From the NCBI GenBank assembly GCA_012295275.1, contig CM022673.1, forward strand, positions 23,126,001-23,190,000: a DNA stretch of 64,000 bases. Direction: 5' to 3'. The notes beneath the pieces are model-generated. The model was given only the letters and a program-made list of their open reading frames with translations. It was not told the origin of the DNA and ran no database searches. This document shows, one piece after another, positions 1 through 14,800 of the stretch (positions are counted from its first letter, which is position 1; each line of letters opens with the position of its first letter). The translations under genes were made by a program, and so were the position numbers. The stretch comes from Chrysomallon squamiferum (lineage: Eukaryota; Animalia; Mollusca).

Positions 1-3000
1 AGGACCTTACTGGAATGGTCAGAATTAAACTAAAATATTTCCATAACATCTGTCTGTATTTGATCATGTTATATCAACCATCAGTTGAAACATTTCTTGT
101 ATGGAGCATATTTTGGTTAATACTTGAAATATAAATCAGAATGTATGGGCAATCAAATGTTATTATTACAATTAATGTATTCATTCATCAATAATTAAAT
201 ATTAATGTCATTCAGTAATTAATTTTATATATAAAATTCTTGAATGAGTAATGAATGTAATCAGAGCTTTTCTTAATAAAATATTGAGAGATATATAGTA
301 AAACAATATCTATTTCATAAACTAATATGATTAATTTTGGGAAGTGTTAAATTTTGTAAATATACAATTATAAATATAGGTGTTATTATCATCATTAATA
401 GCTGTATCTTCCTTACCACCTAACCTGATAAATTTTGAAAAGTGTAACTGCAATTGTCAAAGTTGTTAACTGAAACTCTGTAGATAGATATATATATATC
501 ACTCAAACTTTCTATTTGTCCATATACATGGATAATTAATGTTGATGATATGCCATTGTCATAGTTATTTGGTTGTCTATTTTGTTTTTAATGTGTATAA
601 ATCATGGCAGCGTGCCTAAACTGTGTATTGAATGAGCTCATTTGTTTATGAAAGGAAAACAAAGCTGCTTGCACAAAGCAACATTAAATGTGAACATGAC
701 AAATATTGAATTGTTCGTTTCCTTCACTCAGCTGTGATGAAGTGTTTACAAATTAGCTATTCTGTTTACTGCACAGAGAGGTAATACCTGCAGTATCTTC
801 TACCAGCTTGTTGGAATATCACACACACAGCACAGCACACATGTCGTTTACGTGTAACTCCCCTATGTCATCATGATCAAGTTGTAACTGCATTATTTAA
901 AAAAAAATGGATAACATTGTTACTTTTTCATAACTTCAGTGGGCACACTATAAATATTTAATATTTTGAAGAAAAAAGAATTTGGTTTTTTTATGATTAA
1001 ATTTTGAAATAAATAACTATGTGATCAAAGATTATGATTCCAGAAGGTTTAATACTGCATTACTTTTGTTGATACAAAGAACTCTTATAATCAATATAAT
1101 ATTTTAATTTTAAATATATACATATATAAACATAAAACAAATATTTAAAATATAACATTTATTGAGAATGTTTAGTAATCAAAGCAAAATAACTATCTTG
1201 AATAATTTGTTTATCCTTATAAAATGTCTTATGACACCATGGGTAGACTGCATCATTAAAAAAAGAAAAAGAATTGTTTTTGACTTAAATTTATTATAAT
1301 CAAAAACCATTTCAAAGATTAATAAAACACATAAGTACATGCATAATGTATGCTAATTTGGAAGATCTAAAATACATTTTCAGTAATTTTGGTGCAAACA
1401 TCTTGTACTATCTTATGTCGTCATCATTAAAGCATTCATGAAAAAAAAAAAAATCTATTTATTGTAACCAGGATGCCTTTAAAACAATCTTTGTAACTGA
1501 GAACAAAAAACTCCCAAAATATCTTCAACAATTTGATGAATTTTGTTTGAAAATTTGAAGTTGCATTCAATTTTTCACAACCAAACAAAACAAATGAGTC
1601 ATGACTCATTAAACAGAGATAATTCTTAAATTAACTTTTTAGGACCTTGACTTTCACACCTGAGTTTTCTAATAATGGTAATCCATACCACCACACTAAA
1701 AATGGAAATGCTACTACTGTTATTAAAACTCAGTATAGTTTTTGTATATTAATATACTTTTATTCATAATGATTATAAACTTCATTGTTTTTATTCACTC
1801 CAACTTGGTGTACTGTGCAAGTATTTGTTTTTGTACAAGTCAAAGTGCATTTTATCTCACGTTAAAATCAGACAATTTGCATTAGTAATACAAAATCTGC
1901 ATAACAAATTATATCTGTTAATGTCATCTGAAAAGGATTTGTGTACATAGAAGAAAAAAATACAGTTCATGAATTTTTATCACACAAAGCTTATTACAAA
2001 TCATTTTTACAACTGGTTGTAATAGTTATGTTAAAAATTAATCTAACAGTTAATGAAATTATAGATGTGATTTTTTCACAACAACCATGTAATAAATATT
2101 ATGTATATTAAGACTTCTACAAAGACTTATTATTTTTATTTCTATATCACAAGATAGTTATAGATCTGAGGTGTCAGTTCACCACAATATATCATCCACC
2201 GGAGCATTTTCCTGTCACCAAGAGTCTCACATTTGTCATTTTGCCCCGATTCTTTAAAGGATTCATACTGCTTTCAGTCAGCAGTTTTCTTTGTCATTGC
2301 ATGACATTAACCAGTTGTATGATGCCACATAATTATAAAATAAAAGTTTTAAGGATGATATCAAATGAAAATTTCCTTCTTCCTTTTTTACTGAATTAAT
2401 TAAAATGTGATTTCTTTTAGCATATCATTTAAAACCTATTTTAATTAAAGCTTTAAGTACACACCCAGACACACACACACACACACACATTTTGAACAGA
2501 AATAATTTACATATTAAAAGTACTTTATTGGTCTGCCATTGTATCTTTTTCATTCGCAGTTATTTAATAACTAGTATTAATAATATTATTAGTGACTTTG
2601 TAGTTTTGTATTGGTACTTTTAAATTATGTAATACAGACCTGGTGGGCATTGTGGTGATAGATCAAGGCTGATAGATAATGTGTTTGTCACAAACTGCTA
2701 AGATTAATGTGTAATTATCTGAGAATTTTAGACCACCTACATATTTCACTGCAGTTTAACACCATAAGAAAAGAAAATGATATATGTACAGAGGGTTTTG
2801 CAGCTCAAATCAACAGTGAAAATATTAATTACCTACATAAAGCAGTCTTTAAAATTAATTTATAAGCCGTTTGAGAAAGAAAGAAGGTAATGAATGAGTT
2901 GAAGCATCCTGTGTGTGTTAGTCATCACTGCTGAGTAAGAAAGATTGCATGCAGAGACCACTCAGTTTACTTTTAAAATATGTGTATATGTGTATCAAGT

Positions 3001-5956
3001 TAGCCCTCTCTCTGTTTAGTTTTAGCCCTTACTGGGTGTTAACATCCTAAACACCCACATGCTGTCACTTGCTGTTTCAGTTCCTTATCAAGCAAAGTAA
3101 ACACTGTGTGTGTGTGTGTGTGTTTTAAATAATTAAACAATATTACATGAGATAATTACTAAAATTACTGTATTAAAACGAATTTGATTTATATTTATTT
3201 GTTTTTGGGCCATTGGATTTTTATTTTACTTTTTATTATTTGGTTTCTTTCATTAAAATTTAATCATTGTTAAATTTTATTAAAAAAAAAAAAAAAAAAT
3301 GAAGTATCATACTGGTTGATATTTCTGTGCATATGAGAACTGTTTTATTGGTTTAAGAAGAATTTCATAATGATTTTACATGATTGTAAATCAAAATTGA
3401 AAATACTGAATGCATAATCATGAAAGAATAATGTATTTATTGCATTTGTAGTACACACATCTAAAGTAACTTAACATCTCAGTGTCAGAAGCAACAATGA
3501 GAAATATTGAGCTGTAGAAAGATCAACTCATGTACCTACGGTTCAACAATAAAACCTTGGCCAGCACTAAAATGACATGACAAAATGTTTATGTGAAAGC
3601 TGAATCACTCAGCTGTGTATGCAGTATTTTGATGAATGATATAAGTTGATACAGATGCAGGCTGCACTGAAAGTCATATTGAATCAATTTTCATCACATT
3701 ATATGTTCAGTATTTAAATAAAATAAAATTACATATATCAAGCAATTTTAAAAGCTACATAAAAATCAATCTTTTAAATTAATTTTAAAAAAATACTCTA
3801 ATAATATTACATATATATATATATATATATAGACACACATTATGAAAATGTCTTAAAACAGACAAAAAGAAAAACCCTGAAAGGGCAATCAGTGGAAAAG
3901 AAAAAGTATTTTTTCTTTCTTTCCTTTTCTTTTGTATGTGGATTAGCTGAGCACTATTTGAAATATGTTATTAAAATTATTTTCATTTTTTATTATTTAT
4001 ACTTTTTTTTATTGTACTGTTAAGGATGATATATACAAATATTTTTTTAAATACTTTGAATTGTGTGTCATCTACCAAACAGACTGAATTACATTTTTTT
4101 GTTGTTGTTTATAAAAACCTATCTATACATAATAAATATATACTAATTTTTTGTCTTCAGAAAAGCTATATATGTCTTTCTGTGAATCTTTGAACAGCTT
4201 TTAACAAATGTGACCTGATGGCTTAAGTAAACATGCATGTACATTTAATAATTGCTGCTCAAACAGTCTGTCTTGGATATGGGTCAGCACTTTAAATCAC
4301 CGATGATATTCAACCAAGAAAACTGTAGTAAAGGTTGTTTGACAGTTTTTCAGAAAGTACTGCTGATATGAGATTAAAACCTCTCTTTTTCTTTTTTCAT
4401 ACATACACAAGTTCACACTGTATATGTATATACATCTCATTTCTGTGAATGTTCTTTTTACTCAGTGAGATTATCAATCCTGTGTAGAATGAAAAAAAAC
4501 TTAAGACTGAATTCTGTTTAATAATTCATACAATTATTATAATAACAGTAATCATTGAAAATCATTAAGAGGTTAAAAAAAAAAAAAAAAAAAAAAAATG
4601 TTTTTTAAATCTAACAAAAGATTTGAATTTTTGTTGAATTTTTATATACAGACACTTCCCAAATTTTATATTCACACACATACATCCTTATGAAGATTCA
4701 AACTTACAGCAATTTCCTGCTGTTTTTGTTTTATTTTGTTCTAGTTTAATTAAACAGTTAATATTGACATGTCAGTATGACATATTTGTACCATATTTAA
4801 GGTGTGGCAAAACTGAATAATCAGCTGCATTAGTCATGGAGAATCTGTATCATAATATAAATTGCATTCCTGTTATACCATCATTTCCATAATTTATATT
4901 TTGTTTCTTTTTTTATTTAAATGAAGTTTCTTAGGTGCATTATAAGATGTATGCAGTGATTTATATCGGAGTTGATCCAATGACACATGGATAAAAATCA
5001 CTGGCACAATATCACATGAAGGGTGCTTTAAATATACTGATAATATAGTAATATTTCGTTACGTTTTTCTTTTAAAAAGATTTAAAATGGCTGTTTAAAA
5101 ATATTAATGTTAAAATTTGTTAACATTTTTCAAATGGTACAAAAGACAGTTATTCATAATTCAATCATATAGACATTCTAAAAAGTCTGTAACATGATCA
5201 GTAACATAAACATTTCAGAAATTAACTATCAAGGCCTAATACACATTGTAAAATTTGTATTTAGAATTTAATTAAAAGTATTTTGATTTCCTTTCCATAG
5301 CATTATTATGAATATAGTTAACAAGGAAGTAGTTATATGGAACAGTATGATATTCGTCATTTCAGTTTTGTAAAAAAAAAAAAAAAAAAAAAAGAATGCC
5401 TTTTGAGTGAGCTGTTAAGTATTCATCATGGTGTTGATGAATATAGATGGTTGTCTCTGAATGCTAATTCTGAGTATTGATTTATGTTTAAATCCAAAGT
5501 TGGGTAAAATTAGCATATAAAATGAAAATAAGATTCAGTACCCAAAAATGATGTTTTTAATTGCAATGTTTTTCTGCATTATATATCAGAGTGACTGTAA
5601 TAACCTAAATACATTCACTGTGTTTTTTTTGTTATTATTTGTAATACTCATTATCAGTGTTTTCTAGTAATAAAGTATAAGAATAAACAAACCTGACGTA
5701 CCTCTATGCCTGTATATTAACCTGACTTGTATGTTCAATCAAAAATACAAATGATTATTGAAGTCAACAGTATTTGTTTTTGTGTCAGTGAAAAGTTACA
5801 TATTAAAAAATTATCACTTCTGATAGGAAAACAGTGTGTTTTATCTAATGACTATAATTACGATAGAAATAATAAGTGTTTGACACCCTGTATTCTGCAA
5901 TACAATTATGCTAACATGTTCTTTCAGCAGATAAGGAATTAACAAACAATATATAT

Positions 5957-6003
<47 letters not shown>
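5957..6003. repeat. (ATAG)n microsatellite
   Basis: Read directly from the sequence. Confidence 0.95.
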
Positions 6004-6006
<3 letters not shown>

Positions 6007-9000
6007 CAAACAAGGAGTCTAAATGAAACAGTAATCTTCTTGAAGTTAAAACAATTTTTGTGTGTCTCTGTCTCGATGTTACTATAAAAACAATTTGTTT
6101 CAAGGCTAAGAACCATGTGTTCTGTGTTTATTCTCTACAGTGGAGAAGAATGTTAATAAATTCAGTGAAGCAGGTCAGTGGATTAATAACATCTGGATTT
6201 AGTTTATTTAACCAGTGATTATTAAACACAACAGTCTCATCAGTAATACAGGATATAAAACATTATTTAGCTGATGATTATTAAGTATAAATATAATTTA
6301 TTAAGTGACTATTAAAACATTTTAACCAGTCACAAATTTTTTAAAACATCTGATAATGTACAAAACAGTTAACCAATGATAATATTCAGCTGTGTGTGTT
6401 GTGTGTGTGTGTGTGTGTGTGTGTGCACGCGTGTGCTGTAGAGAGGAGACATAATGTCCAGCATCCAATACAATGACATTCTCACACTTGATCCATGAAA
6501 TCAATTTAATCTGTTTGAGTGGATGGTGCTACTGTACTAAGTAATTCTGCTCTGATTGTGTTTGTCATCGAGGCTCATGCACAATTCACAGTTTATTCAG
6601 ATATCACAAGTACATAACAGTAACAGCAGAATGTGATTAGTTTTTGTCCCATGTAGAATAGTTCTCCTGTGTACATTTGGGAAGTTTTGACTTCATGAAA
6701 CATTCCTTTGGATGAATCATAATTTTTATGAGTTTGAACATACACTGTGCGCCAGTAATAAAAAGAAGAAGAATAACAATGTCAATAAATTGATAACAGT
6801 AACATAATTTTAAGCACAGTAATAATAAGAATAAAATTCTAAATTAACAACACATGTGTATGTGCATATTATAATTATTTATGCTGCTGTTTCATATCAT
6901 TCTATATACAATTGTTATTATTTATGTAAGTTTTTTAAACAGTACTAACAATAAGACAATAAGATAATGTGCTTTGATATTTTCTGTTTTAAAACATAAA
7001 ATGTTCCTACAGCTATTTATAACTGAAACTAACCAGTTATTCTGTAACAAGAACAGAGCAGTTACCTTGATAACAAAAAAGTTAAAAGATTCTGATCGTG
7101 CCAAGTCTGATTTTCATGGCTAGTGTCTGTGATACATCAGGTCATACAGCAACACCTCACACCTAAAACACACAACATATGACACAACAATGACATTTGT
7201 TAAAAGAAGAAACCCACTACCTATACTTCAAGAGCTTTTCTTACCAAGAATCACTATGTGATTGTTTAGATGTAAATTTCTGTGTAGTTTGTCATCAAAT
7301 AAAATTGTTGTTATGTTAACTGTTGAGTGGTTTAGTCATTGAAACTGGCTGGCAGACTGTCAAACTGAGTACTTGATCACTAAACTTTAATCTGAGACAA
7401 GCACAATTATCTCTCTCTCTCTCTCTCTCTTCTCTCTAAATAATGGTATGTTTCTTTTTTTTCTTAATTACTATATATCTTCCATTTCTTTATCATTGTT
7501 AATAATTTTGTCTTATTTTGTGATAAATGAAGAAGCATATAATTATTGACAAAATGTATAAAAGTATATAAATCACTACACACAGCAATGGGTGGGAAGA
7601 TTACAAACAGAAAATATGAGAACGTTCACAGTCATATATATATACAATATGTATAAAAGAAATTATAATAAATGTTTAAATAATAATAAAATGTCTAAAC
7701 ATACTTTGCATAAATAAAGTTGTTTTAAACATCACATTTACAGTTTAATGGGAAAATGGTTGATTCAGAATTCAAGATAAGCATGCTGTTGTTACATTAT
7801 TTGTATAATGTTGCTTGAACTTTCACAAGAGTGTGATACATCTGAAGGATTATTTATAGATTAGTTATGAAAAATACCTGTTGGGTAACATGTATTTAAC
7901 GTAACAAAAGAATGAGGATAAAAAAAAAAAAGATGTTGAAAAATTACAGCACATTCACACATAATAGATGTAAAACTGCTGTTAGGAAAAAGACATGCTG
8001 GCTTTATCACGTTTTCATGTGTACCATTTCTTTTTCTTTCTTTTTTTTCATTTTTGTGTATTATTTGTTAGTCCTTTTTATTTCTTAACAGATTATTATT
8101 TATCTTGTTCTTGATTAATACTTCTAGATAGATTTTAATCCAGTTTAAAAGGGTGTTTATATGTCATAAATAGCTTCACGTAAATAGGAAAGGACATAGC
8201 ATGTGTCTTTGATACACCAGTCTTTGAACATAGGCTAGAATGTGAAAAAAATTCTCTCTTTTTTTTTTTTTTCTTTTCCTTTTTTTTTTTTTTTTTTTTT
8301 TTTAACAATTTGATAGTATGTTTTACACCACTTTGTTGACATCCTATAATAGAGAATTGTTAAATAACTCACATTATCACTAAGTACTTGTTTAAGCTTT
8401 TCAGCAGTGTTTTCAAACATTTCATAACTCACAGTTAAAGCCATCTCTCGCTGGCATCTGTATACATGGCAGTTTTGTGACAAATTTTGTACTTAGGAAT
8501 GCATGTACCAAGGACCGAGACTGGAAGCATATTAATATTTATTTATACACTGACTATATCAGGCCCTGTTGTTGTTAACTTTATTTTTAACATTCAGCGT
8601 ATTTTGTTCAAAATGTTATAATGTTTATTTTAATATTATTATTATTCTTTACTTTGTTATTTATTTTTTAATCATTTTTCTTCTTTTTTTTTCTTTTTAT
8701 TTACTTACTTACTTACTTACTTAGTTAATTAGTTAATTTGTTTTAAAAACCATCTGTAAATGCTATTATTCATAAAATCGACATATGCCTACACAAATAT
8801 AATTTTGTTTATAGTTTAATAATAAGTTTCAGGAAATAACATGATGTATCAAGGAACATCTCTTGAGAAACTTGTTTGGACACACTAATGATTTTTATTT
8901 TCTGCTTCAGTGTAGGTAATATAGATCATATTAATTTAAACTTTACATGTTACAGTTTTCTATATCATCATTATAAAAAATACAATGATAGGTCATAAGA

Positions 9001-9797
9001 TAATATTGCATTTACATGCACATATATCAGTATAGTTTGTGTTGACTTAGTTAAACAAAAGCTTACTACACTGATACAGCTTGTGTTACTTTAAATGATA
9101 TACTATAATGCTTTCCGTGACATCTACATGTAAAATACAGCCATTATCATACACATGAAGCAAGTCTGAATTGACCTATATAAACAAAGCAGAAATCACC
9201 TACAGGAATTTCATTGTCTTGTCACAGTTAAATAACCTTTATCCTGCAACCTTTTTTTATTATTTACTTTAAAAAAAAAAAAAATACACATTCCTGACAT
9301 CTGTACAGTTTATGTACTAAATAATGTTTGGGAACTCAAGTTGTAGCTAATGATTATCCTAAGAGAGGGAAATAGGACTGTCACAGGGGTCAAAAAGGCA
9401 GTAAAATGATTGGCAAAAGGGGGGAAAATAACAGAGAGAAAGGAAATGCTTATTTTATATATAAATTTTTTTTTTAAATTGATTTTCCTTTTAAGATACA
9501 TTTTTTCTTGATAAGAATTATTTTAAGCACATAAACTTAATTTTCAAACAAGTTTTTTATAATAATTAAAACTGAATGTATATTAAGTACCTCTATGAAG
9601 GTTGTTTCTCTATTCCGAATCACATTCAATTTCTGTAATAAGTGAAAATATTTGTAAAAATTATAATTGTCTGTTTAAACATTTGATGTCAGTCTAACTG
9701 ACGTTTTATGTAGACTATTTTAATTTTACATTCATCACTCAGTTCAATGTCTGAAAATTATTAATTTGTGTTTTCTTATTTTTTTTCTTGTTTACAG

Positions 9798-10440
9798 GTG
9801 AGAGTGGTTCAGGTAAAACAGAAGCATCTAAGATTATCATGCGATATATCGCAGCTGTAACCAACATCTCTGGTCAGAAAGAAATTGAAAGGTAAATGCT
9901 TTCTTTTGTCATCGATGTTACTTATAAATATTTGTTGTGTCCTTCTGACCAGTTATGATCAGTCCTAGATATTTTCATATTCTAAACCATTCTCAAAGCC
10001 TGGTTTGTTAAATGCTATGGTCTGTATTTTCCTCATCAACAGCACTGATATATAAAAGATGCTAATGAATAAGATGCTACAAATAGTTCTCTTTTTATAA
10101 ATCTTGATATATAAAATGTAATTTGTTTTGTTACTATTATTAGTTTTATATAGCTGCAAAAAAATAAAAATAGAATATAATCTTCAAACATGACCTTGAT
10201 AGCATGTTTTATTTACAAAACAGTTTATTTGTGGAATGAGGAAAAGCTTGTATTATGCACAGTTACAGACTCCTCACTGTTGTAGTTATTATTATTATTA
10301 TTATTTTTTTTTTTTTTTAAATTTTCTTTTCCTGGATTTTGTTGTTGTTTTTGTTTTTAATTTTAATGTTGGGTTTTCCTCAGTTTAATTTTTTTGTTTG
10401 TTTGTTTGTTTGTTTGTTTTGTTTATTTATTATAAAGAAC

Positions 10441-10480
<40 letters not shown>

Positions 10481-11802
10481 ATTCAAATTACTTTGTCTTG
10501 TTTTCCTTCCACATAAACTCAGTAGAGTATATATCTCATTTTTATTATTACTGTACAAGTAAATTATAATATTGTTCACAGAAATAGTTACTGTTTATCC
10601 CAATCAATCTGACCATTCATCATTGTTGTAGAAATATTAATGTGTTTGCATTTGGGACTCTGACATCAAGGCTGCCTAAGTTTTAATTTGCATTACATAG
10701 TGTATGATATTTCCCAAAGGATTCTAATAATGATGGTCAGTTTTTTCAAAAAGACAATTATTTGTTGCACATTTTTCTCTCTATCTTTCTTTTTTCCCCT
10801 TTAATTTTTTAAATAAACATTCTGAGCACTGTAAAATATTTTCTTCACACTATTTTTAAAAAGACAGTATAAATATTTAAAAACTTGTTTTTGATAATTT
10901 CAGAGTTAAAGATATTCTGATAAAATCCAACAACATTCTGGAAGCATTTGGCAATGCCAAAACAAACAGAAATGACAATTCCAGTCGCTTTGGAAAATAC
11001 ATGGATGTCAACTTTGACTTCAAAGGAGATCCTATTGGAGGTCACATTAACAACTACCTGTTGGAAAAGGTATTGGGAATAATAATAATTTCAAAAAGAA
11101 CAGTTAAATTAAAAACTACTGCAGATTACAGGTATTAAAGGTAAACTTGTTTACTAAACATTACAGAACATTTATGTTATCTATAATCAACATATTCTTT
11201 CTCATTTTATAAAATTAAACTTTAAAGCATTTGTAATTATCAACATTTCTCTTATAATAATTAAAAATAAAACAAGTAATTTGTACAAAATTAACTCTTT
11301 ACTATTCCTTTACATTTAAAAAAACTACATATTTCTTAATTACTTAAATACAATCAAATCTGATTTGTGTGTGTGTGTACACTATAGTATATGCGAGCAA
11401 ATATAAAAAAGAAAAATTAAATTTATATAATAAAGGTAAAAATGCTGATATGTTTGTTTAGTTTAACTGTTATATTTTTATGTTTCCTGTTGTAGAGTCG
11501 AGTTGTTCATCAGCAAGAAGGAGAAAGAAATTTTCATTCCTTCTATCAAGTAAGTTCAGTAATGTTATAATAACGTCAGCCTAATAATATTTTTGATTAT
11601 CAGTGAACAAATAGTTGTCTGTAAATTACAGTGCCTGTTTGTATAAAATATATTAGTGTTTAATGGGACTTTTCAGTATATATTTTAATAATTTCAGAAA
11701 TTATAATTATTCCTTTCAGTTTATAAAAATTATTTTAGTCATCAGTAATGCAGTAATACCCAGCTTTTGGCTATGTATCTAAACATCTTATGAAAAAAAG
11801 GA

Positions 11803-11847
<45 letters not shown>

Positions 11848-14800
11848 TAAAATGACTATTTCATTAATATTTTGTGTTCTATTCTTCCATTTGTATATAT
11901 ATATATATATATATCATTGTTCTCTCTTTTTCTGTTTTTCTTCAAAAAAGCTGCTCTCTGGAGCTCAGGATTCACAGCTAAGCAAGTTGAAGCTGTCCCG
12001 TGACCCTTCAAAATATTACTACATCCGACAGGGTGGCAGTGCACAGGTATGACATAAACTCAAAACAAAGGCCTTTAAAAAAGTAAATAAATTAAATTAA
12101 TTAATTAAATAAAAATAAAAAAAAAAAAAAATTTAAGCTTGTCAAGACATAATGTTTAAACTAAATGAAATTAAACACAATTTTATTTTATTATTCCAAA
12201 ATTTCAAAAACGTCTTACGTAATGAACTGTTAAAAAAATATTATCTGCTAATATGTTTCTTTATTTTACTGAAACCAGCATCTAATTTATTTATTTGTTT
12301 CAGGTCGACTCTATTAATGATAAACATGACTTCAGAAATGTGATGGATGCCATGAAAGCAACAGGTTTTTCTTTCAAACATGTGGAGACATTATGGAGAA
12401 TTGTGTCTGCTGTGATTCATTTGGTACATACTCATTGAACAGACAAATTACTCCTAAACAAAACTTACACTCCCTGTAAACATTACAAGTTTTATATAAT
12501 TTACTTAGTTATATGCTTTATTAATTAATGGCTTAAAAAGATATGAAAATGGTTTCAGTTACAACAGAATTGCGTAACTGTCAGTATTATTTAAAAAAAT
12601 AACAGATGTTTATACATGTGTTCACTCACTCATGCATGCATGCACACACGCACGCACACATACAGACACACATGCACTGACATACCCTATTATACATACA
12701 GATACAAATGTATTAATTAATATTTTAATTGTGTAACATTTCCAGGGTAATTTAGAATACCAATCGGATGAAGATCTTGCAGTGATTCCCAGTAAGTCAG
12801 CTATTCAGGACATTGCAGAGTTGCTATCAGTTGATCCCTCCACACTGGAGAAGACGTTGTTACATCGTGTCATTGCTGCTGGAGGCAACGTTGTTGAGAA
12901 AGGTCTCAATAAGACTGATGCTCTGTATGCTAGAGATGCCTTTGCTAAGGTGCTAACAATGACAGATATTAATGTAGTAACATAATATGTATTGTTGTTG
13001 TATTAACACTGAAAATAATAAATTTAAGATTTGTGGTAATAGTAATCAGGATAATAATAATAGTAAAATTATATAAAATAACCTTCATGATAATTAATAA
13101 TATATGAAGGACTGATAAAAATAATAAACTTTATGGAATATTGTTAATTTATCCCTTTGTATTATTAGTCATTTCTGCAATACATTATTAAAGTTTATTA
13201 GAATAACAGCACTTTCAAGCAGCATTTAAAATTGAAATAATGGTTTAATTTGAAACATGCATTAGTCAAATATATTTTTAAATGATTTTAATGTCCCTTT
13301 TTACTGGTAATTCTCACAGGAAAAATCTACATCAATGCTCAACTTTTATTACCTGTTTTTATTATTCAAAATTTTTGGAAAGCTTAAAATGTATAGTTCT
13401 CAATACAGTATAATTGTTTAATAATAACAAGTAGTGCATTATTATTTTGTTTTTGCTTGGTGCTAAAGAATGCTGTCACTTAAGTATTTGTATTAATATT
13501 AAAAGTTTATGAAAATAAAAATGGACTATGTTTTTCTAGGCAATCTATGACAGAATGTTTACGTGGATTGTTTCACGGATCAACGAAGCCATTGACCCAA
13601 AACTCAGTGGACACTTGGTGGGCAAGAATACTGTCATTGGGGTCCTAGATATCTATGGGTTTGAGATTTTTCAAAATAACAGGTAAATAAATGTATCTGA
13701 TGGTGAATTTTTAATTTTATTTTTATTTATTTTTTAATCATGAATGATCAGTATTTGATATTATTTACATCTTGATAATTTGTTTCTATCTTCAAAATGT
13801 ATAGATAAAACATTTATATGTTACTGAATAGTATAATTCAGTTGTTGACAGATATTTGTTTATACTTGGCGTTTTTGTTTCATCTTTATAAAAAAAAAAA
13901 AAAAAAACATTATGTTGTTTGAAAAACCCAGAATAGTTTGAACTAATGATAATAACTAACATGTTTCAGCTTAAAAGAAACAAATTGAAATTTGTTCACT
14001 TTTGGAGGATATTTTTGGATATTTTCAGCAAAAAATCTGTATTGTATCAAAAGCAATATTTAAACAATGTTGTTTGCTGTTTACACATGGTAAAAAACAA
14101 AGATACAGAATGACTATATGAGGCTAACCAGACATTACAGTTCTCTTAATTTTAAGTAACATGCATTATAAGAAGTATATTCAACATATATATTGTTTCT
14201 ACAGTTTTGAACAGTTCTGCATTAACTACTGCAATGAGAAACTACAGCAGCTATTTATAGAGTTGGTGCTGAAGCAAGAACAAGAAGAATACATGAAAGA
14301 AGGCATTGAATGGCAACATGTAAGTTGTGTGCTTAATTGCAGAAAATATCAGTCAAGTTATAATATGGTGTTTGTTTGTTACAACCAAGATATTTCTATA
14401 ATTAATTATGTTTTATTTTAGTAATGGCTGACAATGTTTGAAAGGATAACATGAGCAAATACTGATTTTAATTACTCAGTTACAATATTTTAATGTTTTA
14501 ATAGATTAACTTGGACTTCAGTGATATGTGGTGGTTTTTCAGGTGGATTATTTCAACAACAAAGTGATCTGTGATTTGGTTGAGCAGCCTCATCAAGGAA
14601 TACTGGCCATACTTGACGAAGCCTGTCTTAATGTGGGCAAGGTCACAGATGCTGTAAGTACATCTTATTTTGTTTTCTAAACATTCAGAATTGATTAGTG
14701 AAATATGTCCATTTTCAAACTAATCTTTAACTAGGCAAACACTTTGGTTTCTGAATTGTGTTTTGCAGACAGATAGGTGAACATAAATTTTCTGTTGATG

